In this document: positions 35,544-49,827 of the stretch, in pieces | How positions within the stretch are numbered: the first letter of the stretch is position 1 | Layout: each line of letters starts with the position of its first letter | From: Nemertoderma westbladi | Taxonomy: Eukaryota; Animalia; Xenacoelomorpha | NCBI GenBank assembly: GCA_032718475.1 | Contig: JAUCBJ010005734.1 | Span: 1 to 64,000, forward strand | Direction: 5' to 3' | DNA: 64,000 nucleotides | Position numbers and translations under genes: made by a program | The notes under the pieces: generated by a model | The model's database searches: none | Seen by the model: only the letters and a program-made list of their open reading frames with translations | What the model was told of the DNA's origin: nothing

Positions 35544-36903
35544 GTCTGACTGTCCTACATATTCTGGACCACTGTATTTTACTAGTCAGCTAGTCTGCTA
35601 GTACAAAATACCTACTACAGTACTAGGTACTGGTAACTACATATCCATAGTCTGGACCAATACTGGTACTTATCAGCTTATTGCATATTGTTCTAAGGAC
35701 GTTAGTCTGTTATTGTCTGATGGTGAAAATTCGCCCTGTCAGCAAATCCACTAAGAAGATTTAATTGCTTCTTGCTGCTTTTTCCCAAACGAGAAGCCTG
35801 TTATGATTATACCTTGTATAACGGTATAAGCGAATCGTTTGAAGGTAACTTGCAAGTTCAAATATTGGATCGCTTTGTTACATAGTTTGTATATAGGCCT
35901 ACAGGCCTACCATACTACAACTGTACTGGCATATGTAAGTTCTACTTTTCTACTGTCCTAAAGTAAGTACAACCATTTTAAAATTTATAAAGGAAAACGG
36001 AAAGAGGAGAGTTGTGAAGTTGTGAGAGAGCAAATAATAAGATAAGCCTATATTTAATATTACGATATCATTAAGTCATTAGGCTATAATCCTGTAATTT
36101 TATTATATAAATTCGAATTAGTGCTGCACCGGTACTGCTGTAGTGGCAATATGCATTGCATAGTGTTGCCTTAAATTAAACATCTGACATTATAGTGGTA
36201 GGCACGTGGATCCAGACCCAAATACTGGAATACCACTGGCTGATAATTTTACCCATAATTAATTACTACCGGTATACGGTGTACGGGAAACTTATGATAC
36301 GGTACTTTAATTAATACCCGGCTAGTATTATTAACACTAATATTCCTAGTTGAAGTAGCTTCATTTGGTCATATTGACATTACATGTATTGTACTGTTAT
36401 AGGCTATTTCTGTATTACAACCTTTTAGTAGGCCTGTTGGTAGGATATATAGAAATCATTGTATATATTTCAGATAAGTTTATATATATTTGAGTACCGG
36501 TATAACCTTTAGTACACTAGTACTGTAGTAGGCATATGATTTGTGCCCCGCTGTCCTGTATATACAAAGAAGCAGATAATACAATACAGATACCGGTATT
36601 TAAACTTTCTATAATCAGATAATAGGCTAGACCTATTTACTAAATTATCAGTTAAATTATCATAAATTAAATATTTTATAAACTCTATAGAATCAATAGA
36701 CCTCTGTACTGTAACTTGTTTATTTAAACACTATAAGTCACTGTTTATAGTCTGATAGTTATTAGGCCTAACACTTGACAGGACTGGTATTACCATTCAA
36801 GTGTACCTTTATTTATCTTTAAAAGCCTATAGGCACTGGCGCTATACTGTATAGTTTATCAGTACCCAGGTAGTATATAGGTACGTTTATTTCTCAATTA
36901 AAT

Positions 36904-39900
36904 ATGTCTGACATTACCCCGATGCCGACAAGCACTAACACAGACGTTACTACATATGAACGGGAATCTTTGTCCAATCCAACCATCATAGAAGGTCACG
37001 AGAATAATAATTTCCTTCTTACGAATGGCAAACAAGTTATTGACCATGATGTCTCCCCGACTGGCTCAACTACAGATAATGTTAATGACTTAGACGTTAC
37101 ACAAGTGACGACTATAGAAGGTGCAACAGCAGCACCCATTTTTAGTTCTACTATGAATGTAGAGGGGGAGCATATAGGCCTAGGCTTACCTGAATATATA
37201 ACTAAAATGGATAAAATGGCCCTTGAGGAACTATATGATCAAGGGGTTTCTCGCTCAAGTAATGCTACCACTTTTAAGCGGTCTTTGGCTGCTCATAGAG
37301 GTGTTTTCACTCGCACTCGTAAGGATATCAATGCAGCCATCATTGATAATCCGGAATTAGGTTGGAGTGAAGCTAATAAATTAATGTGTAGAGTACATTC
37401 AGCACGTGATAAATATTTGTTCTTAGCTCAAGCATATGAGGAAGTAGCAAACCGAAAACAAATTGCTCATATGCAAGAATATATTGATACAAAATTTGAT
37501 ATTACTCTCCATCAATTAGAACTCGAAACAGAAAATAGGTTAGCAAAGCAGCAGTCTGAGAGGAAGCGGCGGGCTAGAGCACAAGCTACACGTTTAGCAG
37601 ATGAAGATGCAGAGGAAGCTGTGGAAGAAGATTTGAGAAAGATTGCAGAATTACAAATAGAACGAAATAAACTGGAGACGATCAAAGCCATGAATACAAA
37701 AAAGGAAGAAATGGTAAGTCGGCACCAGCGAGAGCAATTGCAATGGCATATGTCTAATCCTGGTTCGGTAAATGGCTCCATAACCAGTAGACATAGCGGA
37801 GCTTCCAGAACCAGTCTCCGATCTTGCACTTCATTGTCAAATGGTGCATATATATATAACAGAGATAAATCTGATCATGATAAAGTAAAACAAAGTAATC
37901 CTACAGAACAGCCTTCTTATAGCTTAATCCAGATACAAAGTACTGCTACTGTTACTGAACCTATGGTTGTTAGACCAAAAATTCTGTCTGGTGCTGCTGA
38001 GAGTTCCAACATACAAAATACATGTCCAAATGTACAGAGACCTGCCATAAAAGGTACAAAAATATGTGACAATCCCTCTTTGGGGAAGGGTATATTATCT
38101 AAACCAAAAGCGTCACGTCAGTTGAATTTAGACAATAACGATACTCACCCTAGTCATAAACTAGCAGGTCAAGAATCAAATACTAGTAAAACTTATGTTG
38201 AGGTACCAGTATATAATGATAATAATAACCATAGTAAAGATTTCAGTAGGCAAGGCGATAATACAAATAGTAGGCCTACCCCACCTGACACCAAATCGTG
38301 TCCTTTCCTAAGAAAGGAACTTAAATTTGGAGCTGAAAGCCGTAGACCAACATCTTCTGATCGAAACTACTTAGTAAGTGTAGAAGGTAGTAATGGAGAG
38401 AAGTCTTATATTGCAAATGAACAGGAGGAAACAATGACCCGTGTGGAATTCTCAGACCCATTGTGTCAGCCACCTAAAGGTTTTTCTAGATCATTTTCAC
38501 AAATTGACGAGTATGACAACCTTATACAACCTCAGCACCTTAATCAACCAAGGTCATCCACATTTGTTAATCCTAGAATTTCATACTCCGACAATTGTCA
38601 TCAAATTGGCAGAACTCCAAGAGAAAACGATTTCCCAACTGGAAACCATCAGAGTAGTCAACACAGTGGCATTGGCTATTTGCATCAGGAACCCCAAAGT
38701 GATAATCATAAGGGTAACCATAACCAGCAAAGGTTTCAAACAACTAAATCCCGAGATGAAGTGAGAGAGGTTCCTAATTCTCAAATAACACAAGATCATG
38801 TGCTGTCTCAGTTGATGGAACGTCTCGATGGGATGGAACAGGAGTCTGTATTACAATGGGATCTATTGGGGTCTATCCAGAAACAAGTCACTGAATCTCG
38901 AACAAGATGTGTACCTACTGAACAATCAACAACACCACGTCATAATAATGGAGTACAAATACTGACGCCATCACCGCCATATAACGTAATCGGTCAACCA
39001 CCATCTTTTAGTTCTGTAACTAATTCAAATTTAAACACATCCATCCTCAATGAGAGTTTTGTAAGGATAATGTCCAGATCCGATGCAAGGGAGTCAGCCA
39101 CCATGGGTGGTACAGTGGCAAAATTCAGTGGGAAGCCCCTTTCTTGGCTAGCATTCCGTAATCATTGTTTGACTTCAATCAGTAGTTTCCCATTGACGCA
39201 AGAAGAGAAATTAAATTATTTATTACAATGTTTGGAAGGTGATCCCTATAATTTGGCCAAAGGATACCAGGGAACTACTAATGGATTTGATTCTGCCTGG
39301 GGTGCGATATGCCAACGTTTTGGAAATGAACGCGATATTGCACAGGAAATGTTTAGACATTTGACAAAGGCCAATAAAGTATCGGAATCTGGATTAATTA
39401 CATTTATTGATGAATTATTCACAATACGTCGACAACTTGAAACACTTGGAGCACTAGCAGAGTTCGATAATCCTATAACTATTGGACAAATTTCAGCTTT
39501 GTTACCCATGTCCGTAGGGAGACAATGGAGCAAACGACTTGTTAGATTCAATGAGAGTAAGCAAAGAGAACCAACAATGGATGATTTTCTTCAATTCTTA
39601 CGTCAACAGCAGACAATTATACTCAAGGAAAGGATGTGAGTTGGAGACGTCAGATCGAACCATGATGTATCATCTCAGTCACAACAATGTTATAGAAAGA
39701 TGCGTTCACAGAAGGCATGTTGTAACTCAGAATCAAGTGATACTGATAATGAAACAGAGGTCATTCAACAGGTTAAAACCAAGAAAGCATTCAAGTCAAC
39801 TCCATCAAAACAGCAGTTCGATCCAACCTCATTTAAGAGTACACCTAAGACCTCATCCAATGGTGAATCAAAATTTATAGTTGATCAATTTATTGAAAAG

Positions 39901-42900
39901 GTACAACAGTTGCGATAAGGAGATAGTAGGAATTCAGTGCAAAATGGTACTAGTACTGCACGCCCTCCACCAAAGTGTGTTCGTTGCAAAAAAGGGGAGC
40001 ATATATTGTGGAAATGTCCTCAATTCGCAGAAGATAACATAATATGGAGACGAAAGTTCGCAAGACAAAACAACTTATGTTACAACTGCCTTAGTAACAT
40101 GCACAAACAGCTACTGTGCAAAAGTACCCGGAACTGTGCGAAATGTCATAAATCACACCACACAATGTTGCACCTTGATGAGATTCCTGCAGAGGAAATC
40201 AGTTCACGGCTTGCTGAGGTTGAACAGGATTATGATGTGGGAGAGTACTCGAGCTGTTCGGATTTTTCAACAGATGAATTTGAGGAAGAGGAAGAAATTC
40301 AATCACAGTTCGCTTATAGAGCTTTGGTATTTGAAGCCAGTGAAGAATCTTCTCCCAAATCGAGCCCCAACCAATCACGGGAATTTCAAGTTGTTCAAAT
40401 ATTAATAAGAAGAACTAAGGAAAATATACAGTCAATGCATTGTTGGATACAGGAAGTTCAGCAACATTTATTGATGAAGATTTAGCTAAGAGATTATTTG
40501 ATAAACATTATCCAATAAATTTACGAATGTCTTGAGTTATGGACTTGTGGAAATCTAAGGTAAAAACTAGCTTTGTAGTTACAACGATTGAATCAGCTTC
40601 GGTTGGTGATTATGAACCCCTTCACAATGTTAGATTAATCTCTATACCCAATTTTGCTAGGAGTCAACCATTACCATACTTGTGGAATGATTCTGCTCTG
40701 GTTAAGAGACATCATGTACAGCTAGCAGATACTACAATCCCAGGAGTCCATGTGTTAATTGGTCAAAATGTGCATGAAGCCTTTGAAATCATTGAAAAGA
40801 TTCCACGTTCACCAAAACCATTATCTGACTATGCTGCACGGACGCGCTTAGGTTGGTTCTTTACTGGACCATCATGTAAAACATTACAACAGCGTAAACG
40901 AAGTAAACCAGCTATGACGATATGTAGAACTCTCGATGATGTGATCGACATGGCAAGTGAGGCTATATTTGAGGAGGGAAGTGAATTATCTGGGGACGAA
41001 AACGCTACCGGTATTAGATATGAAACACCCGAGGAGGCGATATGTCACTTGTTAAACATATCTGATAAAACCATGAGTTTTGATGATGCATACACAGCTC
41101 GACAACAAGACCCTTATAATGAAGAAATTGCAGAGATTTTACGCAACCGTGCAGAAATTGACCAAGCATTGGACAAAGCAGTAACCCGATGGTTAGATCA
41201 AGAATCTATTGAACATAATTACAATTCAAAAACCTTGTCAGCAGATGAAATACGAGCGAAAGAAATCCAGGATACTACACGCAAGTTATTACCTGATGGA
41301 CACTATGAGATTGGTTTGTTATGGAGAGATGATGAGCCGAGATTGATTAATAATCGTGTGTTGGTTGCTAAAAAACCCACCAGCCTTGGAAAAGTATAGA
41401 AACAAAATGTCTAGTTACCTGGAAGATGGTTATGCAGAAGAAATTCCTGTTGATGAACCTACAACAGTTAGGACTTATTATATGCCACACCATTTTGTTA
41501 CGCACCCAGGTAAACCTGGACAAATAAGAATTGTAAATAACTAACTGCGTAGCACTTTATAAAGGAATGTCCCTTAATACCGAAATTCTGGCAGGACCTA
41601 ATAGACTTCAATCACTTCCAGGAATTATTGCTCGATTTCGACAATTCAAAACAGCATTTGCTTCTGATATAAAGGCTATGTTCCTACAGGTTCGTGTGAT
41701 ACAACAGGATCGTGACAGTCTTAGATTCCTGTGGTGGCGCAATGGAGATTTAACCCGTGAGTTAAGAGAATACCGCATGACTTGTCAAGCCTTTGGGATT
41801 ATATCCAGCCCATCCAATTGTGGAGCAGTTTTAGAAGGAACTGCTGAAGACAACAAATCAGATTACACACCAGAAGTAATAAAGACAATTAAGGAGGATA
41901 TTTATTTGGACGATTGTATACGTTCCTTACCATCTGAGAAAATAGCGATTGAGACTGCAAAGGGCGTCCAGGATTGCTTGAAAAAAGGGGGCTTCTCTCT
42001 TCTAAAATTCACCCGCAATTCGAAGAACTTTCTACAAGCATTTCCGGAAACAGATAGAGCAAATGTAGATCTGGATCTCAATAAGGAACCAATACCAACC
42101 ACAAAGACTCTAGGATTGCGATGGAATCCGAAAACAGATGAACTCTATTTCACCATAGAGAGACGAAATGATGAAAAACGAAGTAAGAGAGTGTGTTTAA
42201 GTATACTTAGCTCTAATTTTGATCCTCTTGGATTCGTCAGTCCAGTGGCATTGTGGAAGTTACTCTTATGACAAGTAAATCAAAGGTAATTTCGAAATAT
42301 CTCAAGGATAAGATGCCTCGTGCTGAGTTACAAGCTGCAGTATATGCGACAGATGTTGCCAATAATGTCTTAGAGTATTTAGACTTTGATCTAACAGTGT
42401 TTTACCACACTGATGCGCTTCTGGTGTTCGAATACTTATCAAATACTAAATGTCAATTTTCTATCTTTGTTTCTAATCGAAGAGAGAAGATTTTGAACAC
42501 TTCAAAGTTCAATCAGTGGAGATATTGTCCAGGAGAGATTAACCCGGCAGATATAGCTTCGAGGGGTGCCACCGCCAAAGAGTTGAACTCAACAATTGAA
42601 TGGTTTAAAGGCCCATCATTTTTGCACTTACCACAAAGTAAATGGCCACGACAGCTAACAACTGAAGAACTACACAAGGGAGCCACGGGAGCGGAAATTA
42701 GAAAGAAAGGTAAACCAAGTAAATCAAAATTAATTACAGCAACAGAAAAGGTACAAGTTACTGAATCAGATAAAGATAACTCTGACAGAAACCATCTTTC
42801 ACCATTTTTGGAGAGGGCTTTGGATCATTACTCCTCATGGGAACATTTTTGCTGGGCTGTTACATACTTAAAACGGTTGTGGATGTGGCACATAAATGAC

Positions 42901-44299
42901 AAAAAAAGTTTCTGTGACAGAGAGAGAAGTTTTAGCTACAGTACAACGTCCTCAACAACCCCAAGATTACGATTTACTAAAGACGAAACCAAGGATGAAA
43001 CTCAATGATAGATTGACAACCATTAACCTAGATGGTCTGCTATGTGTTGGAGGCAGACTATCTCATGCACCACTTTCTGTCGCTGCGATATTTCCTATCA
43101 TCATCCGTGACCCTAGAATACAACGGATGCTGATACAGGATATTCATTACAACCTATTTCATATAGGTAGAGAACACATCCTTGGTCAACTGCGACGTAA
43201 ATATTTCTTAGTCCAGCCTAGAAAGGCTCTAAATTTTATTATCAAAGGATGCATTATGTGTAGAAAACGTTTCAGTAAACCACTCACCCAACGAGAAGCT
43301 GATTTACCAAAGAATCGTTTAAGTTGCTATGAGCCAGCCTTCACTTATACAGGCGTTGATGTATTTGGACCAATGCTAGTCACACGTGGTCGCATTACCA
43401 CAAAACGGTGGGGGTTGATTTGGACTTGCTTAACCTTCCGTGCAATATGTTTGGATCTCCTGAGCAGCCTTAGTACCAATTCATTCATTCTAGCAATGAG
43501 ACGGTTTTTTGGGCGATTTGGGACAAGCAAAGGGTTACGATCCTGACCAAGGAACTAACTTCATTGGAGCGTCGAAGTTGCTGAAGAAATCTATAACTAA
43601 TTGGAATCAAACTCAAGTTGATCATTGTTTACAAGTAAACAAAGTAGAATTTGATCATAACCCGCCTGAGAGTCCCTGGAATGGAGGTGCTTACGAACGA
43701 CTTATACGTAGCACAAAAACCGCCTTATTGAGTGTTTTACCAGCGAAAGTTTATGTGTCTGAAGAAGTTTTACGAACTCTATTGATGGAAGTAGAATGTA
43801 TAACTAACAGTAGACCACTTACTCCAATAAGTTCAGATCCTCATTCCATGGGTGTACTAACACCAGCTCATTTTCTGATGCAAAGGCCAGCTGTAATGGT
43901 AGCAGTATCAATCATCAAAAAGCAGACGATTATCATAAACAGCAATGGCATTTGACTCAGAAATTAGCTGATTCATTTCGTAGATACTTTATAGAGCAGT
44001 ACATACCTTCTAAAACATTAAGAACTAAGTGGTTCAGTGATAGCCGTAATGTAGCAGAAGATGACTACGTCCTTATTGTAGACGAGGGTTATCCACGTAA
44101 ATACTGGCTGACTGGCAGAGTCACCTGTGTGTACCGTAGCCCAGATAGCCTCGTAAGATCAGTAGATATGAAGACACTAAAAGGGAAAGTACTGACCCGA
44201 TCGATTCAACGCCTGTGTTTGTTGGAAATACCTAGAGAGCAGACGGGGAATTATGGTCAGCAATGTCCACCCCAGGTTCTCCAACACCCTATTAAATGA
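36904..44299 (+). pseudogene. BEL/Pao element C gag-pol, decayed; internal deletion removes the start of RNase H (~42250)
   Basis: AKFSGKPLSW, CVRC..H/CYNC..H/CAKC..H, YLDD, FDPLG joined directly to VTLMTSKSK..PRAELQ, TGVDVFGP, DQGTNF, GGAYERL. Its leader (16860-16935 + 35544-36903) is split by element B. Confidence 0.92.
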
Positions 44300-45282
44300 T
44301 ATTATATTTAAAATCTTTCAGCTTACGATATCAATAATGTATATATGATTATATATTTCCTTAATTTTCAGGACAGATAACCTGGCATTTATCGCCAACA
44401 TAATTTGTATATTTTTTAACCATTATTTACTTATTTTCTTCACAGGAAATGAAAATAATTTAAAATGTATTATAGATTTTTTCTGCGATGTTATATCTAT
44501 TGTTTATTTAATAGGAGTTGACGCTGAATAGATTTGGGAGCGGGAATTACTATCATTTTTATAGTTTGTTTTGTAAACTGTGCCTGGATGAATGAATCTT
44601 ACTTCGTGTATATATATGAAACGTGATTTACAATTTTCAATTTATGTGAATTGAATGAGAGAGGAATATATGAGCATGGGAGCGGTAATTACCATAGTCG
44701 ACGATTAGATCGGTGTTTTTTAGTTGAAAGGAGTCTATAAGTATAGGCTCTTAAAAGAATGAGTACAAATTAAATATATATACATTAAGAAAATTAATAA
44801 AAAATAGGCCCTAATTGAAAATTAACTGCAACAGGGTGAGCCCAGATCTGTATGTATTGAAATTATTGTATGTATTAAAAGTTATTACTGAAATCTATCT
44901 AACGCTCTACAGAACATTAATATATTTATTTTCTATCATTATTTGAACGGATATATATTTTCCTGCGGTAAAAGGGGATGTTACAGATTAATGTTCTGAT
45001 GAGCAAAAACCATATTATAAATTACTCTTTAACAGAACGATATCACCCATTATAACTTCAGGTCGATAACATACTTCTATCTCCGAATGTTTACTGTAGC
45101 GAATGCCGGTTTAGGGACTTTTATTGGTTTAACCGGGGACGCATAATGTGATCCGGCTGAACCCTTAAAAAAGCGGTGAATACTAACTATGCTAACACCA
45201 AAGATTTTAAGTTCCAGATATTGAATATAATCTGAGAACTGGAGAAGAAACTTATACCAACAGTGGTGATAATGGGATTTAA

Positions 45283-45805
45283 TACGGGACGTCTGGTTGT
45301 TTTCTCGCCACATTCGTGATGTGGTTAAGTTCCCTCGCCACACTCGTGATGTCTTGTTGTTCCCTCTACATGTACGGGATGTCTAGTTGTTCCCACGGGA
45401 CGTCTGGTTTTTCCCTTGACACGTCTGGTTGTTCCCACGCTATGTCTGGTTGTTCCCTCGATAAGTACGGGATGTCTGGTTGTTCCCACGCGACGTCTGG
45501 TTGTTCCCTCGATACGTACGGGATGTCTGGTTGTTCCCTCGAAAAGTACGGGATGTCTGGTTGTTCCCTCGAAAAGTACGGGATGTCTGGTTGTTCCCTC
45601 GATAAGTACGGGATGTCTGGTTGTTTCCACGCGACGTCTGGTTGTTCCCTCGATACGTACGGGATGTCTGGTTGTTCCCACGCGACGTCTGGTTGTTCCC
45701 TCGATACGTACGGGATGTCTGGTTGTTCCCACGCGATGTCTGGTTGTTCCCACGCGACGTCTAGTTGTTTCCTCGACCCTTACGGGACGTCTAGTTGTTC
45801 CCTCG
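45283..45805 (+). repeat. Composite 21/30-bp minisatellite
   Basis: Core GTCTGGTTGTTCCC with alternating TCGA.A.GTACGGGAT and ACGCGAC spacers. Confidence 0.9.
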
Positions 45806-46562
45806 CCATGTCAAATCACACACAGGTTTATTTGTTTGGAATATCTCTTGGGTTACTTTGGTGAACATTGTGTTTTTCAGGTATTGAAGTTAATAAAGAT
45901 TGCGTCAGTATCGTTTGTTTTATGTAGATGAGGAATTTCTCTTTGAATCTAAGTCTATTTATATTGAGTAATTAGCTAGGATGTCTCGCATAAGAAACTT
46001 TTTGTAATAGCGAGGCCATATTTTGTGACAATTTTTACCACCTAACCCTTTACTGCATGACTTTTATATGTTGTGAGAGAATATGAAGTATATTTAGTTC
46101 TACTGATATAAACGTTTAATAATTTATTACGTTTAGAAAGGTTTTTAGTAAAAGATCAATGACTCTTTATTTTATTGTTGTACACAATGTGTTTGTAATT
46201 GTGGTCTGGTGGCATTTCTAAGTATCGTGACGTACTATGTCGTGTTGTCGTGTTTTTTCTGTGGATATAATTTTTCATTTTTTGGAATATTCCCAGCTAT
46301 CTATCTCTATATTGATTATTGGTAATGTGCTGATTTATTTTAATGCATAATAATTGATTAAGATATGTTTAGGAGATTAATTTAAATCGCAATTAAGAAC
46401 AGATGTTATACGTATTTCAAGTAACCAAGTAACGATTGCCCGAAAATTGAATTCACTTCATTAGCGGTGGTAAACAAAAGGGGCTTCAGTAGGAATTACC
46501 CCTGGTTGAATCTCTTAAAAAGTTTACTATATTGATATATTGCTGTGCTAGTAGTGTCTGGT

Positions 46563-47318
46563 TTAGTATGTACGATCTTAGTATTTACGATCTTAGTATG
46601 TACGATCTTAGTATTTACGATCTTAGTATGTACGATCTTAGTATTTACGATCTTAGTATGTACGATCTTAGTATTTACGATCTTAGTATGTACGATCTTA
46701 GTATGTACGATCTTAGTATTTACGATCTTAGTATGTACGATCTTAGTATGTACGATCTTAGTATGTGCGATCTTAGTATGTACGATCTTAGTATTTACGA
46801 TCTTAGTATGTACGATCTTAGTATTTACGATCTTAGTATGTACGATCTTAGTATGTACGATCTTAGTATTTACGATCTTAGTATGTACGATCTTAGTATT
46901 TACGATCTTAGTATGTACGATCTTAGTATTTACGATCTTAGTATGTACGATCTTAGTATGTACGATCTTAGTATTTACGATCTTAGTATTTACGATCTTA
47001 GTATGTACGATCTTAGTATTTACGATCTTAGTATGTACGATCTTAGTATTTACGATCTTAGTATGTACGATCTTAGTATGTACGATCTTAGTATTTACGA
47101 TCTTAGTATGTACGATCTTAGCATGTACGATCTTAGTATGTGCGATCTTAGTATGTACGATCTTAGTATTTACGATCTTAGTATGTACGATCTTAGTATT
47201 TACGATCTTAGTATGTACGATCTTAGTATGTACGATCTTAGTATGTGCGATCTTAGTATGTACGATCTTAGTATTTACGATCTTAGTATGTACGATCTTA
47301 GTATGTACGATCTTAGTA
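46563..47318 (+). repeat. 15-bp minisatellite (~50 copies)
   Basis: TTAGTAT(G/T)TACGATC. Confidence 0.97.
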
Positions 47319-47638
47319 TACGTACGTCTGTAAAGATAATTTGAACTCTTATCTATAAATCGATGGAAAGTATAAGTACTATACGTAAAATTGTTAGTGA
47401 TCGAGAAGTTTATAGATAGTAGATTTGTATTAGTTATATACCACATATTTTTTGGAAATGTATAAGTTTATATTTTTTCTTCTAACTGATGTACGTCATG
47501 ACTATGTCTCTATTTTATATATATATATATTATGATGGTTGAACAAACATATAGAGCGTGCATTTTTTCTTGAGTTATTATTTAGGGAAATATTTATTAG
47601 TCCGAGTGCATTATAGCCTAAATAACAACTGGGAGCGG

Positions 47639-48445
47639 TATAAATGCCCGTATCCCTTATACTGTATACCAAATTTGTTTACATTGTTGGACTTGTTAAT
47701 TTCCTTTATATTACGCCACCTAGCGAGGTATGGCAATACTGCTTTTTACCGAATGTATATATAGTGCAATTTAAATCATAATTATCAGACTCGGTATTAT
47801 TTTACACACCCCACGTTGGGTTGCTAATAGGCCATACTTTTCAGCACTACACTACACTACACTACCGGTACATTTACGCTTACACACCAGCTCTCATTCG
47901 CACTCACGTTTCTGTTATTCTACTATTCTACTATTCTGTTTGATATTGTTATTATTATTGCTTTGATTGTTATACAATAAACTACTGTAACTGCTGAACT
48001 GGTTCAACCATCAGAAGAAGGGTTTTCCTCGATGTTATCCCCCAGTTAGATTACAGAGTACTAGAGTAGCAGACTGCCGCTACTGACTGACTGGAGAAAG
48101 TCACTGCAACGCCGCAATACTTCAGGTCGGTATCATATTTGCCAGCTGGTTACTGCCATTGACTGTCCCGAACTCCGGCATTCAACGCACTGAGTGTGAG
48201 TGTCTCCCCCCAAGTAACCTTATTGCAGTTGTGCTGTCCGTCCGCATTAGGCCTATACAGATCAGTTAAGCCTAATCGTCGTCGATGTTAAGACCCTACA
48301 GCCCTTTGCTTTGTGTGAGCGTGTGTCTGTGTGTAACAGTGTGGTAATGTGCCTGCGAATCCGCTAAACAACCCACGTAGGGCGCTAGAATCTCTCTAGC
48401 ACCAACATCTCCCTAGGTGTGCTTCTTACCGAGTGCTTCTCTATA
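47639..48445 (+). repeat. Probable 3' LTR of element C (right end uncertain)
   Basis: Preceded by GGGAGCGG (47631-38) and starts TATA, like element B; AATAAA near 47976; candidate end CTTCTCTATA (48445). No partner LTR in the window. Confidence 0.5.
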
Positions 48446-49009
48446 TGGTTGGACGTTACAGACCATTTTCCAATCTCCATGCATTGCTTATTTACAATGT
48501 GCTGCAGTATGTATACTATGTGTATAATGCCTACATAATTCTGCTCAATACATAAACCTAATAATTGGTGACATTGAGTTGTAGGATTATAGAGATTATA
48601 AATAGTTTTTGAGAGTGTCGTAAATTTTGATCCCTCTTTGGCGTAAATTTTTGAAAAAAATTGATCCTGGTCCTAAACTTGTTCCTTCACTCTCTTTATA
48701 ATGCTTCATGTTACAAGTAAGTATGGTGTTTAAATAACACAATTGTTCTAGAACTTGGCGTAAGAATAAAAAAATAATTTATTAAACGTTTTTATAATCA
48801 TAATGTTGTGCCATTTAAAGTATCATTAACATCAACTACAGTTTTAACCAAAAGACAGGCGTCTAGTCAACCACACATCACTTGGAATCCCATTCGGTTA
48901 CTAAGCGTTTTAGGTTGATGCTATTTGAGAAACAGAGACTCCCCGAGATCACAGTACTATATATTGTTTCACGATCATCGGATGATATAATAACGGAAAT
49001 GTAATTTTC

Positions 49010-49262
49010 TCATATAATAATTATTATGAATGGGAGAATCTTTTAGGCTCGTTAACTCAAGGAATGCATGTCACCCTTCCACTCTGTTTCCCAAGTTGCC
49101 TTGGTTCCCATTTATCCAACCCTTGATTATGAAAGCCCGGGTTGGGCTAGGCTGCAGCATTTAATGCACTGTGCACAAATAGTGCTGCCCCATCTAGGGA
49201 TCGAACCATGGCTTCCTAATTGGAAGCCCAGGAATGTCACCACTAGACTAAGATGTTGCTTG
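49010..49262 (-). mobile_element. tRNA-derived SINE, degenerate
   Basis: Minus strand: A box TAGTCTAGTGG, B box GGTTCGATCCC, then GCTTTCAT...GGGTTGGATAAATGGGAACC, resembling a conserved metazoan SINE core; AT-rich tail. Confidence 0.6.
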
Positions 49263-49659
49263 GTCTAAGATATAATATTATATGTGATATAATAATTGAT
49301 TATATTAGTAAAAAAATTCATTCGAGTAAAAATTATGTTACATGATCCTTTATGATGTATAATGTATATTCTTATTACAGGGTAATAATACACTAACACG
49401 CCTACACACTTGAACTTGATGTAAGACCTATGAGACAATGGGACTTACCTTATTTCAGTAGACTTAGCATGTTTGTTACAAGTTACTGGCTTTAAATGGT
49501 TGTAGTTCAGCTTTAACGTCAGAGAATACTTACTATGGTTCTGGTAACAGAGTGGATTTGACTTCAGCTTGCTATATGGCAGCAAAGTACTGGAAAAACA
49601 CTGTGAGCTATATTTCACTCTGTGAAATGAAATTTACTTAACATTAAATGTCAACAAAC

Positions 49660-49827
49660 CATAATACAAGCTTTTATCCAAAGGGCATGTAGGCAAATGT
49701 TCTCTTCCTTCGCAGCCACCGCCCCATCTTTCCCTAAAGCAACGCTTCCATCTTGTCGGTCCAAGGACTGAAGGCTCTTTGGGACACACACTATTATCCA
49801 AAGTCCACTCACTCCAAACACCAGCAT
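49660..49827 (-). CDS. Exon of host gene: TSP1-like repeat
   Basis: TTTTAG acceptor, phase 1; AGVWSEWTLDNSVCPK...TRWKRCFRERWGGGCEG. Donor position uncertain. Confidence 0.6.

Noticed and set aside
45316-47446. ORFs such as (TKIVH)n, (YDLSM)n and (GMSGCS)n
   Set aside because: Translations of tandem repeats, open in several frames and on both strands.
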